Positions 12,112 to 23,135 of a stretch of DNA of 64,000 nucleotides are shown here, piece after piece. The position numbers and the translations under genes were made by a program. How positions within the stretch are numbered: position 1 is the stretch's first letter; every line of letters begins with the position of its first letter. This stretch comes from an uncultured Candidatus Rokubacteria bacterium (GTDB taxonomy: Bacteria > Methylomirabilota > Methylomirabilia > Rokubacteriales > CSP1-6): NCBI GenBank assembly GCA_963747235.1, contig CAVVEU010000029.1:96001-160000 (forward strand). Direction: 5' to 3'. The notes under the pieces are model-generated. The model did not search any database. It saw only the letters and a list, made by a program, of their open reading frames with translations, and had not been told where the DNA came from.

Positions 12112-15100
12112 GTGACCCGACGCCGCCTCTTCCTCACCGTCGCGGTCGCCCTGCTCGCCACGTTCGTGGTGGCGGCGACCGCGGCCTGGCTCGCGCTGCC
12201 GAGCCTGGCCCGCTGGGCCGTGGTCTGGCAGGTCGAGGCCCAGACCGGCCGCAAGCTGACGATGCGGGAGTTCGCCCTGGATCTACGCGGCGGCCACCTG
12301 CGCATCACCGGGCTCCGGCTGGACGATCGCGAGCCGGGTCCGCCACTCGCCGAGCTCGACCGCCTGGAAGTCCGCTTCCGCCCGAGCACGCTGCTGCGCG
12401 GCCACCTCTGGATCGAGGATCTGGCGCTCGACAATCCCCGCGTGCGCATCGTGCGGACCGCGCGCGGGGTCCTGAATATCTCCGACCTGCTGCGCCCGTC
12501 CAAGCCGCGCGAGGGCACCGCCGCCGTCACCCTCGATCGCTTCGCGCTGACCGGCGGCGCGATCCTGTTCGAGGACCGCGAGCTGACCCCGCCCCGCACC
12601 TGGCGGGCCGACGCGCTGGCCATCGAGGCCTCCCTGCTCTCCACGGTGAACCCGGAGCCGCGCGGCCGCGGCCGCCTCACCACCACCGTGGCCGGCGCGC
12701 CGCTGTCGGTCGAGATGTCCGACGTCCGGCTCGCCCCGATGCACGGGCGCGTGCGCGTCAACCTGAGCAACATGGACGCGACGCTCGCCAATCTCTACCT
12801 GCCGCCCGACACCGCGGTGGTGCTGGAGCGCGCCCTCGTCTCGGCCGGGCTCACCGCCACCGCGGACGCGCAGGACGGCCTCCGGCTCGACGGCCAGGCC
12901 CGGCTCGACAACCTGGTGATGCGCCGGCGCGGCGCGGACACCTCGCTGGTCACCGTGCCGTCGCTGACCTTCGCGCTGACCACCGTGAACGGAGCGGACG
13001 GGCGGCCGCGGGGCCGCGTCGAGGTCGTCGGGCGCGCCACCGTGCACGATCCGCGGCCCGGCCAGACCAATCGCTTCGAGCTGGAGCGCCTCAAGCTGGT
13101 GGTGGACGGCCTCGACGCCTCGGGCCGCGCGCCCGCCCAGGTCACCCTCACCGCGGCGCTGCCGGGCGGCGGCGCGCTCGACGTGCAGGGCACCGCGCGC
13201 TCCACCCCGCTCGGCTCGACGCTGCGCGCGCGGATCAGTCGCGTGGACCTGGCTTTCTGGGCGCCCTATCTCGATCTCCCGCTCCAGTTCAACGGCATGA
13301 TCGAGACCGATCTCACGGTGGACGTGGCCACCGCGGCCGCGGCCGGGATGCGGCACGACGGGGAGGGCGGCGGCGTCACGACGCGCGTGCGCGGGAGCGC
13401 CACGCTGAACGGCGCCACCGTCTACGGCCCGCGCGCGGCCGACGGCGCGCCGGCTCCCGGCGCCGCGTCCGGCATCGGCGCCGCGCCGGCCGCGGGCGCC
13501 GCATCGGCCGCCGCCGCGCAGAGCGAAGACCGGACGCGCGAGGGCCGGCGACGGCTCATCGCCGCCGACCGGATGGAGATGACCGGGCTCGACGCGCAGT
13601 GGCCGAAGGTGCGCGTGGAGCGGCTGCGCCTGGCCCGGCCGCGCGTGACCCTCGAGCGGGACCGCGCGGGGCGCTTCCCGATCCTCGACGTCGTCCAGTC
13701 GCTCCGGCCCACGGCGGCGCCCGCGCCGTCGGCCGCCCCCACCGCGAAGCCGGCGACCGCGACCACCGGCGCGCTCGCGCTCGAGATCGGCGAGGTCGCG
13801 GTCGAGGCCGGCCGGGTGCGCTTCGACGATGCCTCGGTCACGCCCGCCGCGCGCCTGCGGATCGAGCCGATCGCGCTCACCGCGAACGACGTCACGTGGC
13901 CGGGCCGGCAGCCCGCGCGCGTCAAGTTCTCCGCCGGCACGCCCGAGGCCGGCACGTTCGACGCCGAGGGCACCGTCGCGCTCGATCCCGTCCGCTTCGA
14001 GCTGCGCGCGCGCGTGGCGGGCGTCACGCTCGCGCCCTATCGCGCCTACGTGCCGCTGAGCGCGCGCCTGCAGGGCCGGCTCGAGGCCGACATGGCGCTG
14101 AAGGGCCAGCTCGGCGAGACCATGCAGCTCAACGCGCGCGGCACCGCCGCGCTCGGCGATCTCTCCTTCTCCGACGGCGACCGGCCCGTGCTCACCGTCG
14201 GCCGCATCGAGACGGTCGGGCTGGACTACACCTGGCCGGCCACCGCCAGCATCGAGCGCGTGCACATGAAGAAATCGTGGGTGCACATCGAGCGGCGCGC
14301 CGACGGCACCCTGCCGATCACCGCGCTGTTCGCCCCGGCACGCCCGGCGCCGGGCCCGGCCGCGCCCGCGCCCCGGCCGCCACCGCGCCATCGGCGGCTC
14401 CCGCCGCCGCCGGCGGCCGCCGACACCAGCAAGGCCACCGTGACCGTGCGCGAGGCCATCTTCGAGGACGGCAGCGCGACGATCGTGGACGCGGCGGTGA
14501 GCCCGCCCGCGCGCCTCGAGGTGGCCGGCGTGCGCCTGGCCGCGCGCGACTTCCAGTGGCCCGCGCGCGGCGCGATCCCGGTGCAGCTCGACATGTCCAC
14601 CCCGGGGTCCGGGACGCTCACCGCGAAGGGCCAGCTCGACCTCACCGCCCGCACGATCGAGGCGCAGGTCACGCCGAGCGGCGTGGATCTCTCACCGGTG
14701 CGGCCCTACCTGCCGGTGCGCGGGCGGATCGCGGGCAAGGCGAGCGGCGACCTCCAGGTCAAGGCGACGCTCGAGCCGCTCGCGATCACCGCGCGCGGCG
14801 CGGCCACGCTGGCCGATCTGGCGGTGGCGGACGGGGACCGGCCGGTGGCCACCGCCGCGCGGCTCGAGACCACCGGGATCGACTACACGTGGCCGGCGAC
14901 CGTGGTGGTCGAGGCCGCGCGGCTGCAGAAGCCGTGGGCGCAGATCGAGCGCGCGGCCGACGGGAGCTTCCCGATCGTCGCGCTGCTCACGCCGGCGCCG
15001 CCCGCCGCCGCAGGCACCGACGCGAGCCGCCGGCGGCAGCGCGCCGTCCGGCCCGGGGGCGCCGAAAGTGGCCGAGCCCAAACTAGATGTCCGCGTGCGC

Positions 15101-16875
15101 CGCGTCGCGGTCGAGGACGGCGTGATCGCGATCGTGGATGGCGCGGTGAGCCCGCCGGGACGCATCCAGCTCCAGGGCGCGAGCCTCCAGATCGAGAACA
15201 TCGCCTGGCCCGCGCGCGAGGCCTCCCAGGTGAAGCTGCGCACGGAGACCGCGACCGGCGGCCACCTCGAGGTCCAGGGGCAGCTTCGCGTGGACACCCA
15301 GGCGGTGGACATGCAGATCGCGGCCAAGCAGCTCGACCTGGCCACGATGCAGGCCTTCCTGCCGTCGCGCGGCACCATCGAGGGCAAGATGGACGCCGAC
15401 CTGCGCGTGCGCGGCACGCTGGCGCCCCTGTCCGTCGCGGCCACCGGCCGCCTCGCCTTCGACGACCCCACCTTCGGCGACGGGCAGCGCATGCTGGCCT
15501 ACATCAAGCGGGTGGACGTGGCCCGTCTCGACGCGGACTGGCCGCGCCGCGTGACGGTCGAGCGCGTGGCGATCGACAAGCCCTGGGTGCTCCTGGAGCG
15601 CGAGGCCGACGGCACGGTGCCGCTGCTCGGGCTCCTGATGGCGGGGCCGTCCGCGCCCGGCCCCGCGCGGCGCCGCGCCGCGCGACCGGGTCACGACCGC
15701 GCCGGGCGCCCCACCGGGTGCTGCCACATCACCGCCCGTCGTCAGAGTCGGCGCGCTCGCGGTGGAGGAGGGCTTCGTGCGCTTCGTGGATCGCACGACC
15801 ACGCCGGCCTTCGTCGAGGAGGCCTCCCGCATCGTGCTGAGCGGCCGCGGGCTCGGCACCGCGCCCGACAGCCGCGGCCAGGTCGCGATGAACGGGCGGC
15901 TCACCGGCGGCGCGCCGTTCGAGATCAAGGGCACGCTGGGCGCGATCGGCGGCCCGCTCAACCTCGAGCTCGACGGCAAGCTCACCGACTTCCCGCTCAC
16001 CCGCGTCAACCCGTACAGCAACAAGCTCATCGGGTGGGTCGCGCGCCGCGGCGCCTTCGGGGCCACCGTGCACTACCGCGTGGTGGACAACCGCATCGAG
16101 GCCACCAACGACCTGCTCATCGGCCAGCCCGAGTACGCGCCCTCGCGCAGCGGCGACGAGGTGCGCGATCGCGTCGGGGTGCCCTTCGGCATGCTCGTGT
16201 CCCTGCTCAAGAACGTGCGCGGGGAGATCAAGCTCTCGGTGCCCGTCTCGGGCGACCTCGCCTCGCGCCAGTTCGACCTGAGCGACGCCTTCTGGGCCGC
16301 GATGCGCGAGACCGCGATCAGCGTGATGGCGCTGCCGGTGAGCTGGGTGGGCAAGATCTTCTACACCGAGGACGCGCGGATCGAGACCGTGCGGATCTGG
16401 CCGGTCAACTTCGAGGCCGGCACCACCCGCATCGCGCGCGACTTCGAGCAGCAGGCCGAGCGGCTGGCCGGCTTCCTGCGCGACGCCCCCGGGCTGACCC
16501 TGGCCATGAAGCCCGTCCACACCGTGGAGGACATCGTGGCGCTCAAGCGCGAGGCGGTGCGCCAGCGCATCGACGCGGGCGCCCGCGAGCCGGGTCAGAC
16601 CGCGGAGGCGGTCGCGGCGCGGCTCTTCGCGGAGCGCTTCCCCGGCCAGGCGCCGCCACCGCGGGCTCGACGCGCTCGTGACCGAGCTGGTGAAGGCCGA
16701 GCCGAACCCGGAGGCGGCGGCCCGCAATCTCGCGGCCCGGCGCATGGAAACCACCCGCGCCCGCCTCCAGGCCGCCAAGGGCACCGCCAACGCCGAGCGC
16801 CTGCGCGCCACCGAGGGCGTGGTCCCGGTCGAGGCCTCCGGCCAGGGCCGCATCGAATTCGAGATCGTCCCCTAG
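12112..16875 (+). CDS. Very large DUF748 / AsmA-like envelope protein (~1580 aa after joining frameshifts at ~15050, ~15700, ~16670)
   Basis: N-terminal TM anchor followed by an AsmA-like start (QTGRKLTMREFALDL...LDNPRVRIVR...LNISDLL). Beta-strand-rich internal repeats. C-terminus LLKNVRGEIKLSVPVSGDL...VNFEAG...RIEFEI is typical of DUF748 proteins. Confidence 0.75.
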
Positions 16876-16891
16876 CCGGCGTCACCCGACG

Positions 16892-16937
16892 GGGTCAGGT
16901 CTTGCATTCCGACAATGTCGAATGTAAGACCTGACCC
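16892..16937. repeat. REP-like inverted repeat between convergent genes (possible bidirectional terminator)
   Basis: GGGTCAGGTCTTGCATTC (16892-16909) and GAATGTAAGACCTGACCC (16920-16937) form an 18-bp stem with one G-T pair. It is markedly more AT-rich than the flanking coding DNA. Confidence 0.8.
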
Positions 16938-16940
16938 GGA

Positions 16941-17538
16941 CTAGAACTTGGGATTGTCGGTGCGGTCCTCGAGGGCGGCGGGGCCTTCCGTCGGTAGCGC
17001 CTCGGCGTAGTTCTGGGCCGCGTCGATGTCGTGCTCCCAGACGTCGCGGGGCAGCTCGTACAGGACCTCGATCCCGTGGCCGTCCGGGTCCGAGATGTAC
17101 ACGCTGTGGGTCATGCCGTGGTTGATGCGCCGGTGGAACGTGACGCCCCTGGCTTGCAAGAACTCGAGCTGCTTGAGCCACGACTCGCGATCCGGCCACG
17201 CGATGGCCACGTGGTTGAGGCCGACCTTCGGCCCCATCAGGCTCCACGTCTCGGGCGATCCCTCCGCCGTCGCGGCGCCTTCCTTGCGCGGCACCTCGGC
17301 GAGCGCCACGTCGTGGTGGGAGACGATCGCCGTTGTCGGCGACGCCGCTGTAGAAGCGCATCTTCGGCCGCACCTTCCCCGGCTGGGGCTTGAGCTCCGC
17401 CACGCAGCGGAACCCCACGATCTCGGTCCAGAAGCGATGCGAGACCTCGATATCCCGCACGTTGAGCACGATGTGGTTCACGCCGCGCGGCGCCTGGGCG
17501 CTCCCGACGGCACGCACATCCGATTCGGTCTTGGCCAT
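16941..17538 (-). CDS. VOC/glyoxalase family protein (frameshift ~17320)
   Basis: PRGVNHIVLNVRDIEVSHRFWTEIVGF...HHDVAL...GLNHVAI...HSVYISDPDGHGIEV. Confidence 0.85.
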
Positions 17539-17572
17539 GGCTCTCTCCTCCGGTGGCTAGAACATCCCCCCG

Positions 17573-18025
17573 CTAGAACATTCCATTGCTGTTGGCCGCC
17601 TTCTCCGGAATCTCCTGGATCACGTCCCAGTGTTCCACGATCTTGCCGTTCTCCAGCTTGAAGATGTCCACGATCGCCGAGCCGCGGGCGCCCGGGGTGC
17701 GGACGGCGTGCACGTGCAGGATCACGTAGTCGCCCTCGGCCCACACGCGCTTGATCTCGCTTCGCGACTGGGGGAACTTCTCGCGCAGGAACCCCAGGAA
17801 GCCCTTGAAGCCCTCGATGCCGTCCGGCGCCATCGGGTTGTGCTGCACGTACCGGGGGCCGAAGAACTTCGCGGCCGCCTCGAAATCCTTGCGGTTGATC
17901 GCGGCGTCGTAGAACTCGACGACCGCCTTCTTGTTGGCCTCCTCGGTCGCGTCGGCCGCGGCAGGGATGGGGGCGGCCGGGACGAGCAGCGCGGCGGCCA
18001 GCAGCAGCACGGCGATGCGGGTCAT
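17573..18025 (-). CDS. Secreted SnoaL-like / NTF2-family protein
   Basis: Signal peptide MTRIAVLLLAAALLVPAAPIPAAA; NKKAVVEFY, YVQHNP, AEGDYVILH, DIFKLENGKIVEHWDV; SD GGGGAGG. Confidence 0.85.
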   Translation of the reverse strand: MTRIAVLLLAAALLVPAAPIPAAADATEEANKKAVVEFYDAAINRKDFEAAAKFFGPRYVQHNPMAPDGIEGFKGFLGFLREKFPQSRSEIKRVWAEGDYVILHVHAVRTPGARGSAIVDIFKLENGKIVEHWDVIQEIPEKAANSNGMF

Positions 18026-18086
18026 GGGCGCCTCCCCGGGAGCGATCACCTGCCCGCCGATGATACCGTGCCCGGGCGCCTTCGCG

Positions 18087-18968
18087 CTAGGCGCGCAGCT
18101 TGGGGTCGAGCGCGTCGCGGATGGCGTCGCCCACGAAGTTGAGGCCCACCACGGTGACGAACAGGGCGGCCCCCGGCCCGAAGACGATCCAGGGCGCCTG
18201 CTGGAGGTATCCCCGGCCGGCGTTGATCATGCTGCCCCAGGAGGCGGCCGGGGGCTGGATGCCCAGGCCCAGGAAGGACAGCGAGGCCTCGGCCAGGATC
18301 GCGAACGCCACGCTCAGCGAGGCCTGGACCACGATGGGCGCGGTGGCGTTCGGCAGCACGTGCGACCAGGCGATGCGCCAGCCGGGCGCCCCCAGGGCGC
18401 GGGCCGCGTCCACGTACTCGCGCGCGGTGATGGACAGCACCTGCCCGCGCATGAGCCGGGCGAAGGTGGGCGTGTAGACCACCCCGAGCGCGATGACCAC
18501 GCCGGTGAGCCCGGCCCCGAGCACCGCGCCCAGGGCCAGCGCCAGCACCAGCGGCGGGAACGACAGCACCGCGTCCATCACCCGCATGACCAGGTTGTCC
18601 ACCCGGCCGCCCGCGTAGCCGGCCAGCAGGCCGAGCAGCCCGCCCACGGCCACCGCGATGACCACCGAGCCGAAGCCGGCGACCAGCGAGACACGCGTGC
18701 CGAAGATCATGCGCGAGAACACGTCGCGGCCCACGTTGTCGGTGCCCATGAGATGGGTCCGGTCGGGGCGGGCCAGCGTGTTGTCGAGGTTCTGCTTCAG
18801 CGGATTGTACGGCGCCACCACCGGCGCGAGCAGCGCCACCGTGATCGCCAGCAGCATGACCGCGGCCCCGAAGGGCGCCAGGCGCGCGCGGGCGGCGCGA
18901 CGCAGGGTGCTGAAGCGTCGGTCGCGGACCGAGCGGGACGGCGCGGGCGCCGCGAGGATCGTCGCCAT
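18087..18968 (-). CDS. Peptide/nickel ABC transporter permease (DppC/OppC family)
   Basis: HLMGTDNVGRDVFSR, EYVDAARALGA (EAA loop), EASLSFLGLG, GDAIRDALDP. Confidence 0.93.
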   Translation of the reverse strand: MATILAAPAPSRSVRDRRFSTLRRAARARLAPFGAAVMLLAITVALLAPVVAPYNPLKQNLDNTLARPDRTHLMGTDNVGRDVFSRMIFGTRVSLVAGFGSVVIAVAVGGLLGLLAGYAGGRVDNLVMRVMDAVLSFPPLVLALALGAVLGAGLTGVVIALGVVYTPTFARLMRGQVLSITAREYVDAARALGAPGWRIAWSHVLPNATAPIVVQASLSVAFAILAEASLSFLGLGIQPPAASWGSMINAGRGYLQQAPWIVFGPGAALFVTVVGLNFVGDAIRDALDPKLRA

Positions 18969-18972
18969 GGCG

Positions 18973-19917
18973 TCAGCGGTGCCGGATCCGCGGGTCGATC
19001 CAGCCGTAGAGCAGATCCACCATCAGGTTGCTCAGGATGAAGCCCACCGCGATCAGCAGCACCACCCCCTGCACCAGCGGGTAGTCGCGCGCGAACACCG
19101 CGTCCACCACCAGGCGCCCGACCCCGGGCAGCGCGAACACGTACTCGGTGATGACCGCGCCCCCGATCAGGGTGCCGAGCTGCAGGCCGAGCACGGTGAC
19201 CACCGGGATCAGCGCGTTCTTGAGCGCGTGCCGGCGGATCACCGCGCCGTCGGAGAGACCCTTGGCGCGCGCGGTGCGGATGTAGTCCTCGGACAGCGCC
19301 TCCAGCATGCTCGAGCGCAGGGTGCGCGTGATCACCGCGGCCAGGGCCAGGCCGAGCGTGATCGCGGGGAGCGCGAGCGAGCGAATCCCGTCCCAGAGCT
19401 CCTCCATCGGATCCACGTAGCCCGAGATCGGCAGCCAGCGGAGGGTGACGCCGAACAGGAAGATCAGCAGCAGCGCGATCAGGAAGTTCGGCATGCAGAT
19501 GCCGAAGAGGGCGAACGAGGTGCCGAAGCGGTCGAGCGTCGAGTTGCGACGCGCGGCCGAGAGGATGCCGATCGGGGTGGCCACCAGCAGCGAGATGGCC
19601 ATCGCGAAGCCCGCGAGCTGGAGGCTCGGCTTGATCCGCCGGCCCACGTTCTCGATCACCGGCTCTTGATTGCGGATCGAGCGGCCGAGGTCGCCCTGGA
19701 GCAGGCGGCCCATCCACGTCGCGTACTGCAGGTGGAGCGGCCGGTCGAGGCCCAGGTCGCTCCGGAGCTGCCGCTTGACGCTGTCGTCCACCGACTCCGC
19801 CATCATGGCGTCGATCGGGTCGCCGGGCGTGAGATGGATGAGCGCGAAGACCCCGGCGGTGACCAGCAGCAGCACCGGGATCGTCGCGATCAGGCGGCGC
19901 AGGATCAGCAGGCCCAC
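18973..19917 (-). CDS. Peptide/nickel ABC transporter permease (DppB/OppB family)
   Basis: LIHLTPGDP, GDLGRS, DYIRTARAKGL, RHALKNAL, RDYPLVQG, DPRIR. Confidence 0.93.
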   Translation of the reverse strand: MGLLILRRLIATIPVLLLVTAGVFALIHLTPGDPIDAMMAESVDDSVKRQLRSDLGLDRPLHLQYATWMGRLLQGDLGRSIRNQEPVIENVGRRIKPSLQLAGFAMAISLLVATPIGILSAARRNSTLDRFGTSFALFGICMPNFLIALLLIFLFGVTLRWLPISGYVDPMEELWDGIRSLALPAITLGLALAAVITRTLRSSMLEALSEDYIRTARAKGLSDGAVIRRHALKNALIPVVTVLGLQLGTLIGGAVITEYVFALPGVGRLVVDAVFARDYPLVQGVVLLIAVGFILSNLMVDLLYGWIDPRIRHR

Positions 19918-19933
19918 CGCGGTCGCCGCGGAG

Positions 19934-21508
19934 CTACTTCAGCCAGACGTCCTTGAAGCGCATCATCCCGTCCGGGATCGGGTCGTAGCCCTGCACCTTC
20001 GGGCTGAAGGCCTTGGGCTCGATCGGGTGGACGATGAAGATCATCGGCAGCTCGTCCTGCAGGATCCGCACGAGCTGGCTGAAGAGCTTCTTGCGCTCGG
20101 CCTGGCTCGAGAGCTCGCGTGACTTGTCGAGCAGGGCGTCGATCTGCGGGTTGGAGATGCCCGACCAGTTGAGCGAGGTGCCCGGCGTGGTCCGGTAGAA
20201 CTGGAAGGTGTTGCCGTCCGGATCCGGCCGCCCGCTCCACTGGTAGCTGACCATCTCGTAGTTCTTGCTGTTGCCGTCCGAGAGCAGCGTCGCCGAGTCC
20301 ACCAGCTTGATCTTCATGGTGATCCCGGCCTCCGCGAGCTGGGCCTGCATCACCTCGGCTTCCTGGATGTTGATCGGGATGTTGTTGGTGGTCACCGTGA
20401 AGGTGAAGCCGCCGGGCTTGCCGCCCTCCGCGAGCTTGGCCTTGACCTTGGCGAGGTCGCGCTTCATGAACGGGATCGAGCGGTCGTAGGCCCAGCTCGT
20501 CGGCGGGATCGGCCCGTTGGCGGGCACGCCCACGTTGAGCCACACGCCCTTGACGATCTGCTCGAGATCGAGCGAGTAGGCCACCGCCTGCCGCAGGGCC
20601 TTGTTGTCGAACGGCGGCCTGGTGTGGTTGAGCTGGTAGGCGAAGTCGGCCAGCGAGGGCACGTCGAGCACCACCACGTTCTTGTCCGCCTTCACCGCGG
20701 CGACGTCGCGCGGGGCCACGTAGTCCATCACGTGGATCTCGCCCGCCTGGAGGCTCTGGAGCTTCACGGTGTCGTCCGGGATGGGCCGGTAGCGGATCTG
20801 CTCGAGGTAGGGCCCGCCCTGCTTGTTCCAGTAGTTGTCGTTGCGCCGGATGATGAGGCGGTCGTCCTTCACCCACTCCACGAACACGAAGGGGCCGGTG
20901 CCCGCGCCCTTGGCGTTGCGCTCGAGCTCGGCCCCGCGCTCCTGCGCGGTCTTGGGCGAGACCATCATGCCCGCGCGGTCGGTCAGGGTGGCGAGCAGCG
21001 CCGCGTCGGGCCGCTTGAGGTTGAGCCGCACGGTGTAGGCGTCCACCACGTCCACCGTGTCGATGCTGGCGGTCTCACCCTTGCGCACCGACTTGGGCTC
21101 GGTCTTCATGCGGTTGAAGTTCCACTTCACCGCCTCCGCGTTGAAGTCGGTGCCGTCGTGGAACTTCACCCCGCGACGCAGCTTGAAGATGAGGGTCTTG
21201 GGCTCGGGCTGCTGCCAGGACTCGGCCAGCCCCGGCTTGATGCCGAGGTTGGCGTCGAGCACCACGAGCGGCTCGTAGATGTTGTGGTAGATCTGCCGGT
21301 CGATCTTGCTCCCCGACAGATGCGGGTCCATGGTGGCCGCTTCGACGTAGAAGCCCACGCGCAGGGTGCCGCCCTTCTTGGGCGTCTCCTGGGCCCACGC
21401 GCGCCCGGCGGCCGGCACGAGCGCGCTCGACGCCCCCGCGAGCGCGGCGAGCCGGAGAAAGTCGCGGCGAGATTCCGAGTGGGTCGCGTCGGGCTGGGTG
21501 GCCGCCAT
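19934..21508 (-). CDS. Family 5 (peptide/nickel) ABC solute-binding protein with Tat signal
   Basis: SD GGAGG; SRRDFLRLAALAG Tat motif; PGLAESW, KLRRGVKFHDGTDFNAEAV, GTGPF. Confidence 0.92.
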   Translation of the reverse strand: MAATQPDATHSESRRDFLRLAALAGASSALVPAAGRAWAQETPKKGGTLRVGFYVEAATMDPHLSGSKIDRQIYHNIYEPLVVLDANLGIKPGLAESWQQPEPKTLIFKLRRGVKFHDGTDFNAEAVKWNFNRMKTEPKSVRKGETASIDTVDVVDAYTVRLNLKRPDAALLATLTDRAGMMVSPKTAQERGAELERNAKGAGTGPFVFVEWVKDDRLIIRRNDNYWNKQGGPYLEQIRYRPIPDDTVKLQSLQAGEIHVMDYVAPRDVAAVKADKNVVVLDVPSLADFAYQLNHTRPPFDNKALRQAVAYSLDLEQIVKGVWLNVGVPANGPIPPTSWAYDRSIPFMKRDLAKVKAKLAEGGKPGGFTFTVTTNNIPINIQEAEVMQAQLAEAGITMKIKLVDSATLLSDGNSKNYEMVSYQWSGRPDPDGNTFQFYRTTPGTSLNWSGISNPQIDALLDKSRELSSQAERKKLFSQLVRILQDELPMIFIVHPIEPKAFSPKVQGYDPIPDGMMRFKDVWLK

Positions 21509-21564
21509 TCCGTGTCCTCCTAAGAGTGGGCTGATACCGGGGTGATGTCGGACTGACGTCGGAG

Positions 21565-22719
21565 CTACAGCCGGCTCTCGTCGATCTTGAGGCCGAGCCA
21601 GTGGCGGCCGACCAGCTCGTAGTGGGCCAGGCGGGCCTGCAGGTGCTGGCTCATCACGTGGACGTCCTGGAAATGGCGCTGGATGGGGCTCGACTCGTAG
21701 GCCGCGGTGGCGCCCGCCATGTTGTAGACCATGTCCACGACCGAGACCGCGGTGCGGATGCCGTCGGTGGTGGCCAGGCGGAGCACCGCGCGCTGCTCGA
21801 GCGTGACCGCGCCGTTGGCGACTACCGCGTCCCAGATCCCGCGCACCGCCTCCCGGAGAAAGGCGAGGCCGGAGCGCAGCCGCGCCTCGGCCCGGCCCAC
21901 CTCGTTCTGGATCATGGGCTGATCGCGCAGCAGCGCGTCCATGGCCCGCGGGGTCTTGGTGGTGGCCAGCTCCATGAACGCGTCCAGGCAGCTCCGCGCG
22001 GTGCCGAGGGCGACCGCGGCATCCCCGGAGGCGAAGACCAGCGTGCGCGGCAGCCGGTAGAGCGGGCCCCGCTCGACCAGGGGCGCGGTCACCGACTTCA
22101 CGGTGCGGGCTTCCGGCACGAACACGTCGTCCACCTGGAAGTGATTCGTGCCGGTGCCGCGCATGCCGCGGACCTGCCAGGTGTCGAGGATCTGGGCCTC
22201 CGCGCGCGGCACGAAGCAGTAGCGCATCTCGGGCTGGCCGTCGTCGAGGCGGGGCCGGCCCTGCTCGGTGACGGTGGTGTGGGCGGCCAGCCACGAGGCG
22301 TGCCGGCTGCCGGTGCTGAAGCCCTGGCGGCCGGTGACCCGGTACCCGCCGGGCACCACGATGGCCTGCGCGTTGGCCTGCGGCGTGTTGGCCACCACCG
22401 AGCGCGGGGTGTCGATCCAGATGGCGCGCGCCGCCGCGGTCTCCATGCGCGCCGCGTAGGTCGCGAAGATGGATACCTGGTTGGTCACCCACGCGGTGCT
22501 CGCGTCGGCCCGCCCGATCTCCTCGATCACCTCGATGTAGCTCGGCAGGTCCATCTCGAAACCGCCGAGCGTCCGCGGCAGCGCGAGCCGGAAAAGGCCC
22601 GCGTCGGCCATCGCCTCGAAGAGCGGACGCGGCAGCTCGCGCAGCGCGTCCGTCTCCGGGGCCGACGACCGGATCAGCGGCGCGAGCGTCCGCGCCGTCT
22701 CGAGCGGCGACGGGGTCAC
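21565..22719 (-). CDS. Acyl-CoA dehydrogenase-fold flavin-dependent monooxygenase (HsaA/C2-hydroxylase-like)
   Basis: LFRLALPRTLGG, GRADASTAW, GGYRVTGRQGFSTG, DTWQVRGMRGTGT, IQRHFQDVHVMSQH; GTG start overlaps the NIPSNAP stop. Confidence 0.85.
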   Translation of the reverse strand: MTPSPLETARTLAPLIRSSAPETDALRELPRPLFEAMADAGLFRLALPRTLGGFEMDLPSYIEVIEEIGRADASTAWVTNQVSIFATYAARMETAAARAIWIDTPRSVVANTPQANAQAIVVPGGYRVTGRQGFSTGSRHASWLAAHTTVTEQGRPRLDDGQPEMRYCFVPRAEAQILDTWQVRGMRGTGTNHFQVDDVFVPEARTVKSVTAPLVERGPLYRLPRTLVFASGDAAVALGTARSCLDAFMELATTKTPRAMDALLRDQPMIQNEVGRAEARLRSGLAFLREAVRGIWDAVVANGAVTLEQRAVLRLATTDGIRTAVSVVDMVYNMAGATAAYESSPIQRHFQDVHVMSQHLQARLAHYELVGRHWLGLKIDESRL

Positions 22720-23036
22720 TGGATCGGCGAGCGCGGCGTCGCGGTCAGGCGCGTCACCTTGATCTGCTCGCGGTCGATCATGGTGCCGACCCGCGCGGAG
22801 ATCTCGTTCTTCCAGTAGTCGGTCTGGTAGACCGCGTCGTAGAGCCGCTTGCGCTCCGCCTCGCTCTCGAAGCGGCGGATCCAGACGTAGACGGACTGGT
22901 CCTCCTCGCCCACGAAGCTGCCGAGGATGACCATGCCCATCTTGACCTGGAACGGGATGATCTCCTCTTCCATGCACTTCACCCACTTCTCCTGCTGTCC
23001 GGGACGGATGTGGTACTGCCTGAGCTCGAAGAACAT
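22716..23036 (-). CDS. NIPSNAP family protein
   Basis: MFFELRQYHIRPG...YVWIRRFESEAER...LTATPRSPIQ; SD AGGAGG. Confidence 0.88.
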   Translation of the reverse strand: MFFELRQYHIRPGQQEKWVKCMEEEIIPFQVKMGMVILGSFVGEEDQSVYVWIRRFESEAERKRLYDAVYQTDYWKNEISARVGTMIDREQIKVTRLTATPRSPIQ

Positions 23037-23135
23037 GCCGACCTCCTGGGTTCGGGTAGGCTGCCGGGGCAGCATACCGCGAATCGCCCCCGCGGGGGTA
23101 CACGGCACCGGCCGGAGCGTGTATCATCCCCTGCG

